From Nitrospirota bacterium (GTDB lineage: Bacteria > Nitrospirota > Thermodesulfovibrionia > UBA6902), in NCBI GenBank assembly GCA_016217725.1, contig JACRHB010000220.1, positions 11,970 through 75,969 of the forward strand: a stretch of DNA of 64,000 bases, read 5' to 3'. Numbering within the stretch: position 1 is the stretch's first letter; every line of letters starts with the position of its first letter. The position numbers and the translations under genes were made by a program. Below are positions 16,573 to 26,711 of this stretch, piece by piece. The notes beneath the pieces were generated by a model. It ran no database searches and was not told the origin of the DNA. It was given only the letters and a program-made list of their open reading frames with translations.

Positions 16573-16947
16573 TCATTCAACAATCAACTTCCCTACCATT
16601 CCTCCCCAAAAGTAATGAAAACCTTTTTCGATATAACAGCCGTACTCAAATTCGCCTGTCTGAGAGGCGTAAAATTCGCCGGTTACTTTTTGACCTTTCG
16701 GAATCTTAAAGCGCAGATCATAGCCAACGAGTCTGAAATTGTAATCCCAGTCAACGCTTTCAACTTCAAGTATCACGTGGGAGCCTTTTTTAACCCTCAC
16801 AAGGTCGGGAATCCATTTGCAGTTATCACCTTTTATCTTGACTGTTTCAGTTGGAACTCCCGAGGGCATACCCTCCAGGGACATTAGTCTCTGCCCGGCA
16901 CATCCTATTAATAATATCAAAAGAATTGCCGTAAATATTTTTTTCAT
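16573..16947 (-). CDS. lipoprotein, possible cupredoxin-like fold (start at MKKIF; ORF-track start 16989)
   Basis: Signal peptide with lipobox LLIGC; C-terminal C-x6-H-x5-M spacing resembles type-1 copper ligand geometry, but weakly. Confidence 0.4.
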   Translation of the reverse strand: MKKIFTAILLILLIGCAGQRLMSLEGMPSGVPTETVKIKGDNCKWIPDLVRVKKGSHVILEVESVDWDYNFRLVGYDLRFKIPKGQKVTGEFYASQTGEFEYGCYIEKGFHYFWGGMVGKLIVE

Positions 16948-17229
16948 CACTGCCTCCTTTCCGCCTGTTTGTCTCCGTTTCTCACTCAATGCGAGGGGAG
17001 AAATCTCAAATATCTTTAGCTTTTATATATCATGTCAAACCTATATTGTCAACTCACCCCAATCAATCAAATGATTAAAAACTTTAATCTGACGCTTTTC
17101 GCGGAATGAATGTAATTGAATTATAAAAATTTCTAATTGTTCCTAAAATAAAATAGTATGTTATAATTTTTCGACGAAATTTCTTTTTCTAAAGGTTAAT
17201 CTGAATTACATCAGAGGATTTATTCTAAT

Positions 17230-18750
17230 ATGCTGCTTTATCTATTTCTAATAATATATTTTTTCGTCCTGATTACTGTTTTCATTTACGCGTCACACCG
17301 CTATTACATGGTTTATCTGTACTTCAAACATCAGAAAAACAAGCCTGTTCTTAAAAAAAAGCTGGAGCGCCTGCCGAGGGTGACCATCCAGCTTCCTATA
17401 TTTAATGAGATGTACGTCGTAAGGCGTTTGATCACAGCGTCATGCGGGATAGATTATCCGAGAGAGCTTCTCGACATACAGGTTCTTGATGATTCTACGG
17501 ATGAAACAGCGGCAGTTGCACAAAAATGCGTAAAGGAATTCAGGGAAAAAGGATTTGATATACACTATATCCATCGTGAAAACAGGGAAGGTTTTAAAGG
17601 AGGTGCCTTAGCTAACGGTCTCAAGTCTGCCCAGGGTGAATTCGTTGCAGTTTTTGACGCGGATTTTGTCCCGGGAAAAGATATATTGCAAAAGACCATT
17701 CATTATTTTGCCGACAAATCCGTCGGGATGGTGCAGACCAGGTGGACTTATTTGAACAGGGACTATTCGCTTTTAACCAGGATACAGGCCATCATGCTGG
17801 ACGGGCATTTTGTTATAGAGCATACTGCGAGGAACTGGTCCGGACGCTTTTTTAATTTTAACGGCACGGCCGGGGTCTGGAGAAAAGAGGCCATAGAGAC
17901 GGCAGGCGGCTGGCAAAATGATACGCTTACAGAAGACCTCGATTTGAGCTACAGGTCGCAATTGAAAGGCTGGAAGTTCGTCTTCCTGAAAGATGAGATT
18001 GCGCCTTCTGAGATCCCCGTGGACATCAATGCATTCAAGACCCAGCAGAACAGATGGGCCAAAGGCTCCATTCAAACGGCCAGGAAGCTCCTTTCACAAA
18101 TTTTCAAGAGCAAGCTCCCTCTGAAGGTTAAAATAGAGGCCTTCTTCCACCTGACAAACAATATGTCTTATCTTCTCATGCTGCTGCTTTCTTTACTAAT
18201 GTATCCTTCAATGGTTGCAAGGATCAACCTGGGATGGTTCCAGATGATAGTCACCGATGTGCCGTTTTTGCTTGTTGCGACCGTAGGGATATCGTTCTTT
18301 TACCTTTGCTCGCAGAAAGCGGCGTATAAGGACTGGAAATCGAGATTGATCTATATGCCCATGCTTATGTCCCTGGGCATAGGGCTTTCTGTCAACAATT
18401 CAAAGGCGGTCTTAGAGGCGTTGTTCAATATAAAGACGGAATTCAAGCGGACCCCGAAATACAAGATTGAAAAGAAAAGGGACCGATGGTTCGGCAAGAA
18501 ATACAGGGGAGAGATAAACCTTTCGGTCCTGATTGAGCTGCTCCTCGGGATTTATTTCACGTTCAATGTTTATTTTGCGTATATAAATAAAATATACGTC
18601 TCGATACCGTTTCTCATGATCTTCCAGATCGGTTTCTTTTATATTGCTTTTTTATCGCTCTATCAAGTAATATTGACAGGCATAGCTTCAAACCGATTTG
18701 CACGCCACTTTATTTCAAAAAGAGAAACGGAAGACGTAATGGCTGCATAA
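17230..18750 (+). CDS. processive family-2 glycosyltransferase (cellulose/chitin/NodC-like synthase) with C-terminal TM helices
   Basis: DDS...DAD (DxD) motifs and Q(Q/R)xRW motif (QQNRWAKG); multiple TM helices at both ends. Confidence 0.8.
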   Translation: MLLYLFLIIYFFVLITVFIYASHRYYMVYLYFKHQKNKPVLKKKLERLPRVTIQLPIFNEMYVVRRLITASCGIDYPRELLDIQVLDDSTDETAAVAQKCVKEFREKGFDIHYIHRENREGFKGGALANGLKSAQGEFVAVFDADFVPGKDILQKTIHYFADKSVGMVQTRWTYLNRDYSLLTRIQAIMLDGHFVIEHTARNWSGRFFNFNGTAGVWRKEAIETAGGWQNDTLTEDLDLSYRSQLKGWKFVFLKDEIAPSEIPVDINAFKTQQNRWAKGSIQTARKLLSQIFKSKLPLKVKIEAFFHLTNNMSYLLMLLLSLLMYPSMVARINLGWFQMIVTDVPFLLVATVGISFFYLCSQKAAYKDWKSRLIYMPMLMSLGIGLSVNNSKAVLEALFNIKTEFKRTPKYKIEKKRDRWFGKKYRGEINLSVLIELLLGIYFTFNVYFAYINKIYVSIPFLMIFQIGFFYIAFLSLYQVILTGIASNRFARHFISKRETEDVMAA

Positions 18751-18805
18751 AATGGTTTAATTTTTTAAATTAAAAAAATAAATTCTAAAACAAAGGAGCT
18801 ACACC

Positions 18806-19816
18806 ATGAAAAAGAAAATGACGATAATTTTCTTGTCCCTGGCAGCAAGTATTTTTCTTTGCAGTGAGGCTTTCTCGGCATGGACACAGGCAAAAGGGCA
18901 TTCGTACAATTCGCTCGGCTTCAGTTATTACAAGACCACGAAAAAATTTACCACTATGGAGAAAACGCCAAAATTTAACGATGAGATAATGCAATATGAA
19001 GAAGGCGACGTAGCATCCACGCACGGAGAGCTTATCAGAAGGGAAGAAGAGGAATTTACGTCTAAAAAGATTACGTATTACGGAGAGTACGGCATTATAG
19101 ATACGCTTACGGTTATTGCATCCATTCCATGGGACTGGCAGAAGTCCAATGATGCGGAGAAATACGGTGACAATGACGGACCCAGCGGGATCGGAGATAT
19201 AAATCTGGGTCTAAGGTATAATCTCACACAGAGCCTTCTCGGCTCCGGCACCGTTATGTCCGTCCAGGGAGAAGTAAAAATCCCGGAGGCCTATAAGTAT
19301 GAAAACCCCCTTACGCATTTAAGTCTCGGAGACGGACAATATGACGCCTCGCTGCTCCTTCAATTAGGCAGAGGGATCGGAAAAGGATACGCCGTATTCA
19401 GCGGAGGATATAAGTACAGATTTGAAAATGAAAAGATCCAAGACCATGAATTCAAACCATCCGACCAGTTTAAGGCCTCAATCAGCGGAGGATATGCTCT
19501 TACGCCCAAAATTTCGTTATTGGCTTCTTTAGACTGGTTCAGGTCCGTAGGAAACGCAAAGGTTTCCAACGAGCTCATAGCGAATGCTCCCGAGGCGGGC
19601 ATTAAGGCCGAGCACGCGGAAGGAGAGCTTATAAAAGATTCTCTGGGACTTGAGCCGTATGATTTAAACTGGTTTATCGGGGTGCAATATAGTATAACAG
19701 ATACGGTGCAAGTCGTAGCTTCCTACAACACGGACCTCGACGGTATCGGTCCTTTTAAGACGGAAAACTACGGACTCGGCGAAACCTTCGGCTTGTCCCT
19801 GGTTTATATACATTAA
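18806..19816 (+). CDS. secreted protein, possible outer-membrane beta-barrel (downstream of the GT2 synthase)
   Basis: Signal peptide (MKKKMTIIFLSLAASIFLCSEAFSA); alternating-hydrophobic beta-strand-like segments; Gly/Tyr-rich. Confidence 0.4.
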   Translation: MKKKMTIIFLSLAASIFLCSEAFSAWTQAKGHSYNSLGFSYYKTTKKFTTMEKTPKFNDEIMQYEEGDVASTHGELIRREEEEFTSKKITYYGEYGIIDTLTVIASIPWDWQKSNDAEKYGDNDGPSGIGDINLGLRYNLTQSLLGSGTVMSVQGEVKIPEAYKYENPLTHLSLGDGQYDASLLLQLGRGIGKGYAVFSGGYKYRFENEKIQDHEFKPSDQFKASISGGYALTPKISLLASLDWFRSVGNAKVSNELIANAPEAGIKAEHAEGELIKDSLGLEPYDLNWFIGVQYSITDTVQVVASYNTDLDGIGPFKTENYGLGETFGLSLVYIH

Positions 19817-19925
19817 GAACGCATTAAAAAATACCTTGCTGTATAATAAAGGCTGTTTTCTTCTTCAGGTTTCCTGGAAGAAAGCAGCCTTTTAATTTCA
19901 TGAAATTAATAAGCCGGCAATTAAT

Positions 19926-20004
19926 CCGTCATTCCCGCTTGTCGGGAATCGAACGACTTATCACGCTGAAAGTAAAGAAAGATTCCGGACAAGCCGGAAT
20001 GACA
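19926..20004. mobile_element. MITE-like GTCATTCCCG element, copy 2
   Basis: ccgtcattcccgcttgtcgggaatcg...gattccggacaagccggaatgacag. Confidence 0.55.
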
Positions 20005-20039
20005 GAATTCAAATATTTGCATGCCGGGTTAATAATAAT

Positions 20040-20654
20040 ATGAGGAATAAAAATAAATTTTTATTCCTCATATTATCATGCTCCCTTCTGGCGGTGTTAT
20101 CCTTCTACGTTATCGAAAACAGGCATACCCTCCTGGCAATTTTTTATCAGACTTTAAAGCTGCAGGACAAGGCGGTTGAGGAATTTACAAAAGCCGTAGA
20201 ATCAAGTCAAAGCAACGCATATGCATATTACCAGTTAGGCTTGATATACAAAGACCGGAATGATTTTGACAAGGCTGAGGACATATATTTAAAATTATTA
20301 AAGCTCTTTCCGGGTCATCCTTACGCCAACTATGATTTAGGTTTTGTATACAGAGAAAAACGCATGTACGATAAAGCGATGGAGCAGTATAAAAAGGCTC
20401 TGGGAATTAATCCGAAGAACGTTTTTGCCCTTTCCGATATAGCTTATATCTACAAGGAAAGCGGCCGATATGAAGAGGCGTTGTCGCAATACAGGAAGGT
20501 CCTCGAAATAGACCCGTCCCAGCGTTATGCCTTGTGGGACCTCGGCGTGGTTTATGAGAAGATGGGGATGAAAGACAAGGCTGAAGCGCAGCTCAAATAC
20601 TACCATGAAATGACGGACTGCAGTCTCAGGAGATTCTGGAATTGCCTTGACTGA
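20040..20654 (+). CDS. tetratricopeptide repeat (TPR) protein
   Basis: 204 aa; N-terminal signal/TM, then 5 TPR units (AYYQLGLIYKDRNDFDKAEDIY..., ANYDLGFVYREKRMYDKAMEQY...). Confidence 0.8.
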   Translation: MRNKNKFLFLILSCSLLAVLSFYVIENRHTLLAIFYQTLKLQDKAVEEFTKAVESSQSNAYAYYQLGLIYKDRNDFDKAEDIYLKLLKLFPGHPYANYDLGFVYREKRMYDKAMEQYKKALGINPKNVFALSDIAYIYKESGRYEEALSQYRKVLEIDPSQRYALWDLGVVYEKMGMKDKAEAQLKYYHEMTDCSLRRFWNCLD

Positions 20655-20725
20655 TGAACAATGAGCAACGAAGAAAAAGACACGTTCATTGTTCATCGTT
20701 CACCGTTCATTGTTGATTGTTGATT
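20650..20725. repeat. TGTTCATTG word-repeat hairpin overlapping the TPR stop codon and the GT-C start
   Basis: ctgatgaacaatgagcaacgaagaaaaagacacgttcattgttcatcgttcaccgttcattgttgattgttg. Confidence 0.55.
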
Positions 20726-22719
20726 TGAATATAGCGGCTTACATAATAATAAACCTGCTCTTATTTTCTTCCTGGCACGTCATCCTTTTCAGGCACAGAG
20801 AGACCTTATCGTTCGCCGACAGGATAATAGGCGTTTTTGTCTTAGGGCTGGCGCAGATAATAGCTACCGAGCTGCTGTTAGGCGTAGTGTTTAAAAGGCT
20901 TTTTGCGGCGCCGCTTTTTGGGGTGAACGCGGCAATCTCTTCTGCCGTCCTGATTTATTCCGCTGCCGCTTTCAAGACACAAAAAACCCGGGCCAGCGTC
21001 CTAACCGAGGTCGCCGACAACGTCGTCCGGTTTTTTAATATCTTAAAGACCAATCCGATATTGCTCTCTATTTTTATAATTTTTTCCATTTCGATCTGCT
21101 GGATAATTTTCTTGGGATATTTATTCCCTTCATACACGTGGGATGCCCTGTGGTATCATCTCCCCATAGTCGGCTATATAATGCAGAGCGGCGCCATCCG
21201 CGAGATACCGAACGATTTTATCATCTCTCAGTTTATAAACATCTTTCCAAAAAACATCGAGCTTTTTTTCGTCTGGAACATTATTTTCTTAAAAAGCGAA
21301 GTCCTGGCGGATCTGAGCCAACTCGCTTTTACGATTATCGGCCTCTTCACAATATACAGCATGTCGCTCAAATTGCAGCTCAAAGAGAAAAACGCCGTAT
21401 TCGCCGCGCTTCTATTCTTCTTTGCGCCGATAATAATTCTCCAGTCCACGACGAATTACGTTGACATCACCGTGTCCGTGCTGTTCCTTATCGCGGTGAA
21501 TTTTCTTATTAAGAACAACCCCGGAAATATAAAGGACCGTGCGCATGAACCCGGAGGGGGTATCCCCGTTGTTTTATCAGGACTGGCGGCGGGAATCTTA
21601 CTCGGGTCCAAAGGCTCCGGCCCTTTATTTATCATCGTATTGTCGGCCGCAATTGTAATTCAAGAAACAATTAAGTGTCTTTCCGAACGGAAGACCCCGG
21701 CCGTGCAAAAAAGGCGCGGCTTCGGAGCGAGCTCAAGGCTCCTTCTAATTTACTTTGCAACTCCGGTCCTTATCATGGGAGGTTACTGGTATTTTAAAAA
21801 TTGGGCGCTTTATAACAACCCTGTCTATCCGATGGAGGTTTCCATATTCAATATTACGCTCTTCAAAGGACTATACAAAGAGTTCCTTGAACCGGCTCCC
21901 GCGGTATTCAAAGATCTCTCGCCGCTGAAAAAACTTTTGTACGTCTGGATGGAAAGAGACGAATATTATTTCTACGATTCAAGGCGGAGCGGGTTCGGCC
22001 CTTTATGGTTTATTCTTTTCTTGCCCGCCCTCATATTTTCGCTGATACACGCCGCAATAAAGAAAAGGTACGGCTTCCTTGCCGTAAGCGCAATCCTTGT
22101 CTGCGCGTTTTTGTTATATCCGAGGAATTGGAACACGAGGTACGTTATATTCCTCTTCGGATTAGGCGCGCTGGCATATGGATATATACTTGACTATTCC
22201 AATGACAAAGGGAAGGCATTGGAAGTCATCGCCGTGCTGCTAGCAGGATATACCGCTCTTGCATCCAATTCACCGTGCGTAACGCCGTCGCAAATAAAAA
22301 AATTCCTAAGGCTGCCCGCAGGCGAACGGACCATAGCAAGGCACGCCCCGTTCAGCATTGATCTGCACGCGAGGCAGGAATACGGACACTGGATATGGAT
22401 AAGCAATAATATTTCAAAAGGAGACACCCTGGCCTATACCTTTGAGCCGCTGTTCCTCGCCCCTTTGTGGAATAGTGCATTTTCCAATAAGGTGGCTTAT
22501 ATTAAATCCGACAGTTATAATAACTGGTTAAAAAAGCTTGATGAAAATAACGCGGGATACGCCTTAATAAGACGGAATTCCGAAGAGGACAAGTGGATTG
22601 ACAGGGAGAGGGAGATATTCTCTTCCGCCGGATGGCTGGGCGGCTTGAAAGAGAGGTTCAAGATCGTATATTCCGATGAAAATTATAAGATAGCAAGATA
22701 TGAAAAGAATGAAGATTAA
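20689..22719 (+). CDS. GT-C fold membrane glycosyltransferase (ArnT/PMT-like, family 39/83-like); start uncertain
   Basis: 676 aa; ~11 predicted TM helices in the N-terminal two-thirds and a soluble C-terminal domain; followed by a DPM1-like GT2. Confidence 0.6.
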   Translation: MFIVHRSLLIVDLNIAAYIIINLLLFSSWHVILFRHRETLSFADRIIGVFVLGLAQIIATELLLGVVFKRLFAAPLFGVNAAISSAVLIYSAAAFKTQKTRASVLTEVADNVVRFFNILKTNPILLSIFIIFSISICWIIFLGYLFPSYTWDALWYHLPIVGYIMQSGAIREIPNDFIISQFINIFPKNIELFFVWNIIFLKSEVLADLSQLAFTIIGLFTIYSMSLKLQLKEKNAVFAALLFFFAPIIILQSTTNYVDITVSVLFLIAVNFLIKNNPGNIKDRAHEPGGGIPVVLSGLAAGILLGSKGSGPLFIIVLSAAIVIQETIKCLSERKTPAVQKRRGFGASSRLLLIYFATPVLIMGGYWYFKNWALYNNPVYPMEVSIFNITLFKGLYKEFLEPAPAVFKDLSPLKKLLYVWMERDEYYFYDSRRSGFGPLWFILFLPALIFSLIHAAIKKRYGFLAVSAILVCAFLLYPRNWNTRYVIFLFGLGALAYGYILDYSNDKGKALEVIAVLLAGYTALASNSPCVTPSQIKKFLRLPAGERTIARHAPFSIDLHARQEYGHWIWISNNISKGDTLAYTFEPLFLAPLWNSAFSNKVAYIKSDSYNNWLKKLDENNAGYALIRRNSEEDKWIDREREIFSSAGWLGGLKERFKIVYSDENYKIARYEKNED

Positions 22720-22847
22720 GGGCCGCGAAAACACTTTGCAGATATTGTTCATGCTTATCATCCTTGTATTAGCTGTCGTGTATTTTACGTTGCCTGAAAG
22801 AACGCTGTTTATCGAGAATCAGATGAAGTGGTGGGGAGAGTTTTGGG

Positions 22848-23558
22848 ATGTATTCGGAAAGTAAGAAGGTTACTGTAATAATACCGGCGTTGAATGAGGA
22901 GGAGTCTCTGCCCCTTGTTCTTAGAGACATCCCAAGAGACCTAGTTGGCGAAATCGTTGTTGTCGACAACGGCAGCACGGACAATACCTTCTCTGTCGCA
23001 AGGGACCACGGAGCAACGGTCTTAAAAGAGGATAAAAGAGGATACGGCTCCGCGTGCTGGAGAGGAATAGAATATATTAAAGAGCAGCCCCGGCGCCCGG
23101 AGATAATAGTCTTCCTTGACGCCGACTACAGCGATTATCCCGAAGAAATATCCCTGCTTGTAAAACCTATTCTGGAGGAAGGCTATGACATGGTGTTGGG
23201 TTCGAGGATCACGGGACGACGGGAGAAAGGCTCCATGACTCCGCAATCTTTTTACGGCAACAAGCTCGGAACTTTCCTCATGAAGCTGTTCTTCGGATTC
23301 CCTTATACGGACCTCGGCCCTTTCCGGGCGATTAAATACGATAAGCTTATGGACCTGAATATGCAGGACAGGACCTACGGCTGGACCGTAGAGATGCAGA
23401 TCAAGGCTGCAAAAAAGAAATATAAGATCAAAGAAGCTCCCGTCAACTACCGGGTAAGGATAGGCAAATCAAAAGTCTCCGGCACCGTAAAAGGCACATT
23501 GATGGCAAGCTATAAAATTTTATTGACCATATTCAAATACCTGTTTTCCCCGCCGTAA
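22848..23558 (+). CDS. polyprenyl-phosphate glycosyltransferase (GT2, DPM1/ArnC/GtrB-like)
   Basis: 236 aa; VTVIIPALNEEESLPLVLRDIP...VVVDNGSTDNT and DAD motifs typical of Dol-P/Und-P sugar transferases. Confidence 0.85.
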   Translation: MYSESKKVTVIIPALNEEESLPLVLRDIPRDLVGEIVVVDNGSTDNTFSVARDHGATVLKEDKRGYGSACWRGIEYIKEQPRRPEIIVFLDADYSDYPEEISLLVKPILEEGYDMVLGSRITGRREKGSMTPQSFYGNKLGTFLMKLFFGFPYTDLGPFRAIKYDKLMDLNMQDRTYGWTVEMQIKAAKKKYKIKEAPVNYRVRIGKSKVSGTVKGTLMASYKILLTIFKYLFSPP

Positions 23559-23581
23559 CGCTTCCCCGACGGCCTATCAGC

Positions 23582-23959
23582 TCATTCATATTCCCTCAAA
23601 TCCCTCTCGGAAAGTCCGAAATAATGGCCGACTTCATGGATGAGCGTTTTTCGTATCTGCTCGACAAGCTCCTTTTCGTTTGAACAAATGCTTTCAATGT
23701 TTTTCTGAAAGAGCATTATCCTGTCGGGTAATGGATAAGGGACATCAAAAAAACCCCTTTTATGCGGATACGGCACGCCGCTGAAAAGTCCGAGAAGGTG
23801 TTCTTTCTTCGTATTCATACGTCTTAAATCTTCCTTGTCCGGATAATCCTCCACGATAATAGTGATGTTCTCAAAATACGTTTTGTACTCATCCGGCAAT
23901 AATTCCAAAGCGTCCCCGGCAAGTCTTTCAAAACGCTCTCTGCTTACCCTGAAGGCCAT
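23582..23959 (-). CDS. zincin-like metallopeptidase family protein (HExxH)
   Basis: 125 aa; C-terminal HEVGHYFGLSERDL zinc-binding motif characteristic of the small Zincin_1-type proteins. Confidence 0.7.
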   Translation of the reverse strand: MAFRVSRERFERLAGDALELLPDEYKTYFENITIIVEDYPDKEDLRRMNTKKEHLLGLFSGVPYPHKRGFFDVPYPLPDRIMLFQKNIESICSNEKELVEQIRKTLIHEVGHYFGLSERDLREYE

Positions 23960-24041
23960 GAGTTTATTTTACCTTTTATTTCGTTGATTTCTACCATAAA
24001 AATCCTTATCCTTAATGAAACAGTAAATTATGGAAAGATCC

Positions 24042-25115
24042 ATGCCGAAAACAAATGAAGCGACTGATACGGATTTGAAAGTAATAGAGTGGCTTCAGCA
24101 GGTCGACCGGGAACGAGGGTGACGTCTTTGATAAACGCTGATGACATAAAAATCCTTATCAAAGAAGGGGAAGGGCTTACCGTCGAATTCAAAGAGCGTT
24201 TTACGTCGCGCATTGATGAAGATATTGTTGCATTTGCAAACACCAAGGGCGGGATAATTATTCTGGGCGTCAGAGATGACCGGACTGTAAGCGGCGAGAA
24301 ACTGACAAATGATCTTAAAGCCCGCATCAATTCCGTTGCAAGGAACTGTAATCCCCCGGTTCAGGTAAAGATAAAACAATTACAGAACATCATAGCCATA
24401 GAAGCGCCTCAGGGGGAGGAGAAACCGTATAGTTGCAGTTCCGGTTAATGCCGCCGTACTTTTCCTGATGAAGCATTTAAACCGCCGCAGCGAAATAAAA
24501 GGCATAAATCGTAACGACGTCTATGAGATACCTTTTGAGGCCTTGCGCGAGGCAATCGCCAACGCAATAATTCATCGGGACTACAGCGTGCGCGGCACAA
24601 GTCTTATGGTTGAAGTATATGACGACAGAGTTGAGATAATAAATCCGGGCATATTCCCGGGACGTCAAATGAAAGATTTCGGCAAGATTTCCGTTCGGAG
24701 AAACGAACGTATTGCCGACCTCTTTTTCCGTATGGATAAGGTGGAGCGCGCAGGTACGGGAATAAGGCGGATGAAAGAGGCAATGGCGGAGGCCGGCTTG
24801 CCTGTGCCGGACATTAGACAGACGGATTTTTATACAATTATATTTAAACGGCCAATTGAACGGGCCGGGGTAAAGGTCGGAAGAAAGTCGGAGAGAAAGT
24901 TGGGTGAAAAGTTGGGTGAAAAGTTGGGTGAAAATGAAAAAAGAGTTTTAGAAATTATTGTAAAAAATAAGTTCGCAACAATAACTGAGCTTTCCAGGTC
25001 ATTGGGAATAAGCACGACCGCTGTAGAAAATAATCTTGCAAAACTGAAAGCAAAAGAGATCATCAAACGCATAGGCCCTGATAAGGGAGGACATTGGGAG
25101 ATTATCGACTGCTAA
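24042..25115 (+). pseudogene. AlbA_2 (Schlafen-like) plus HATPase_c_4 plus HTH transcriptional-regulator-family gene, disrupted by frameshifts (fragments 24042-24122, 24089-24448, 24468-25115 in three frames)
   Basis: N-terminal AlbA_2 signature (GEGLTVEFKERFTSRIDEDIVAFANTKGGIIILGV), then a RecG-C-terminal-like ATPase domain (NAIIHRDYSVRGTSLMVEVYDDRVEIINPG) and a wHTH; homologues are single ~450-aa ORFs. Also contains a (GGGTGAAAAGTT)x3 tandem repeat at 24895-24936. Confidence 0.6.
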
Positions 25116-25284
25116 ATTTCAAAAACGATTTGATATTGTGTCGAAGGCAAATGAAGCGGCTGATGCGGATTTGGAAGCTGTTGAGAGGCAAAAGAGGGTT
25201 AGCAAGGCTTTCGTCTTTTTCAGAACTTTAAACTTTTATCAATTTTAAAGTAAAATTATCGAAGACAATTTTCAAGAGGAGATT

Positions 25285-26304
25285 ATGGATAACATAACTG
25301 TTAACCTTGATGGCATTCCAACTGAAATCAAACGATTAAAAATTCCCCTTAAGAAACTTATCCTCGATATAGAAAACCCCCGCATACAATATTTTCTTGA
25401 TACTCGCTTGAATGATGATGTAACTCAAGAGAAAATCAAGTTTGCTTTGGCTGAAGGCAATGACCAATACGAAAAGCTGAAAGAGCATATAGAAAGAAAT
25501 GGCGGCATTTACGATCCGATATGGGTTGTGCCCAAAGACGAATATTTTGTTGTCATCGAAGGCAACACAAGAGCTTTCATCTATGAGGAGTTGTCTGAAA
25601 AATATGTTAATGATGAGAAGTGGCATTCTATTGATGTATATCTTTTGCCATATAAGATCAATCGAAACGTTATTAATTTTATTCGATTGGAAAAGCACCT
25701 CTTTGGGCCTACACCGTGGGATGCTTATGAGAAGGCAAGAGAACTTTATCGACTAAATACAGATGAAGATTACTCACTGAAGCGACTCGAGCAACTAACG
25801 AAATTAAAAGCATCTGACATCAGAAATAATATTCAGGCTTTTATGGATATGGAGAAACAATATCTCCCTAAATACAATAAACCGGCTGAAAGACTCAAGT
25901 TCAGTTACTTTGTTGAATTCAGGAAAAATAAAGAACTGAAACGTATGGTCAAAGAGGGAAAAGTTTCACTTATGGATTTTTGTGATTGGGTTGGCGAAGG
26001 GAAGTTCAGACGCGGTGAAGATATACGTAAACTTCCATTAGTGCTTAAAGATGAACAATCAAGGCAAGCGCTTATTGATGATAGTTTTCAGGCAGCTCTT
26101 GATCAGTTGGAACAAAAGAACCCGGCGGCGAAATCAAAGCTTTTTGAGAAGATAGAGGATGTAGTTGAAGGACTTGAAGGTCTTCCTTTTGGCGAATTGG
26201 ACGAAATTAAAAGAGGACAACAACCGGCTAAGGTTGATTCCCTAAAAAGACTGCATTATGTGACAAAAAATCTTTTGGAAGATATAGGCACTCTTACTCA
26301 ATAG
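25285..26304 (+). CDS. ParB/Srx-fold (ParB N-terminal nuclease-like) domain protein, island gene 1
   Basis: ParB box-like LILDIENPRIQYF and arginine-finger-like VVIEGNTRAFIY; paralogous to 28124..29170 (shared ENPRI, V(I/V)EGNTR, WDAYEKA); ~33% GC. Confidence 0.55.
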   Translation: MDNITVNLDGIPTEIKRLKIPLKKLILDIENPRIQYFLDTRLNDDVTQEKIKFALAEGNDQYEKLKEHIERNGGIYDPIWVVPKDEYFVVIEGNTRAFIYEELSEKYVNDEKWHSIDVYLLPYKINRNVINFIRLEKHLFGPTPWDAYEKARELYRLNTDEDYSLKRLEQLTKLKASDIRNNIQAFMDMEKQYLPKYNKPAERLKFSYFVEFRKNKELKRMVKEGKVSLMDFCDWVGEGKFRRGEDIRKLPLVLKDEQSRQALIDDSFQAALDQLEQKNPAAKSKLFEKIEDVVEGLEGLPFGELDEIKRGQQPAKVDSLKRLHYVTKNLLEDIGTLTQ

Positions 26305-26711
26305 TGGCTGGGAACAGACATCAATTTATTCTTGGTTTGGTTGTTAAGAAGATGCGGGAAGAAGGGGCGGAGCTTTACGGCATTGATGGTAACTATCCAG
26401 GGCTCTTCGGCGAAAAAGTGCCATTGCCGCCTCAAATATTAAGACACCGCCCCGATGCGATAGGAATAAAAAGTAATGGGCAATTATGCATAGGGGAAGC
26501 AAAAACAGAGGGGGATATTCTCAATACAAGGACATATGAGCAGTTGCAGGACTTCACCAGTGTTGAAATAAACGGCTCAAAGTGCGAAGTATTTGTTGGC
26601 GCACCGCAATCCAGTGAAAATAATTTTGGAAAAAGTCTGGAGAAAACCGGATTGAAAGGATGTGATAATCTCCATGTACTTTATATTCCAGACGAAATAA
26701 TCAATGATTAA
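26304..26711 (+). CDS. small PD-(D/E)xK nuclease-fold-like protein, island gene 2
   Basis: 135 aa; ...HRPDAIGIKSNGQLCIGEAKTEGD gives the D...(E)xK spacing typical of restriction-endonuclease-like folds; start overlaps the stop of gene 1. Confidence 0.4.
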   Translation: MAGNRHQFILGLVVKKMREEGAELYGIDGNYPGLFGEKVPLPPQILRHRPDAIGIKSNGQLCIGEAKTEGDILNTRTYEQLQDFTSVEINGSKCEVFVGAPQSSENNFGKSLEKTGLKGCDNLHVLYIPDEIIND

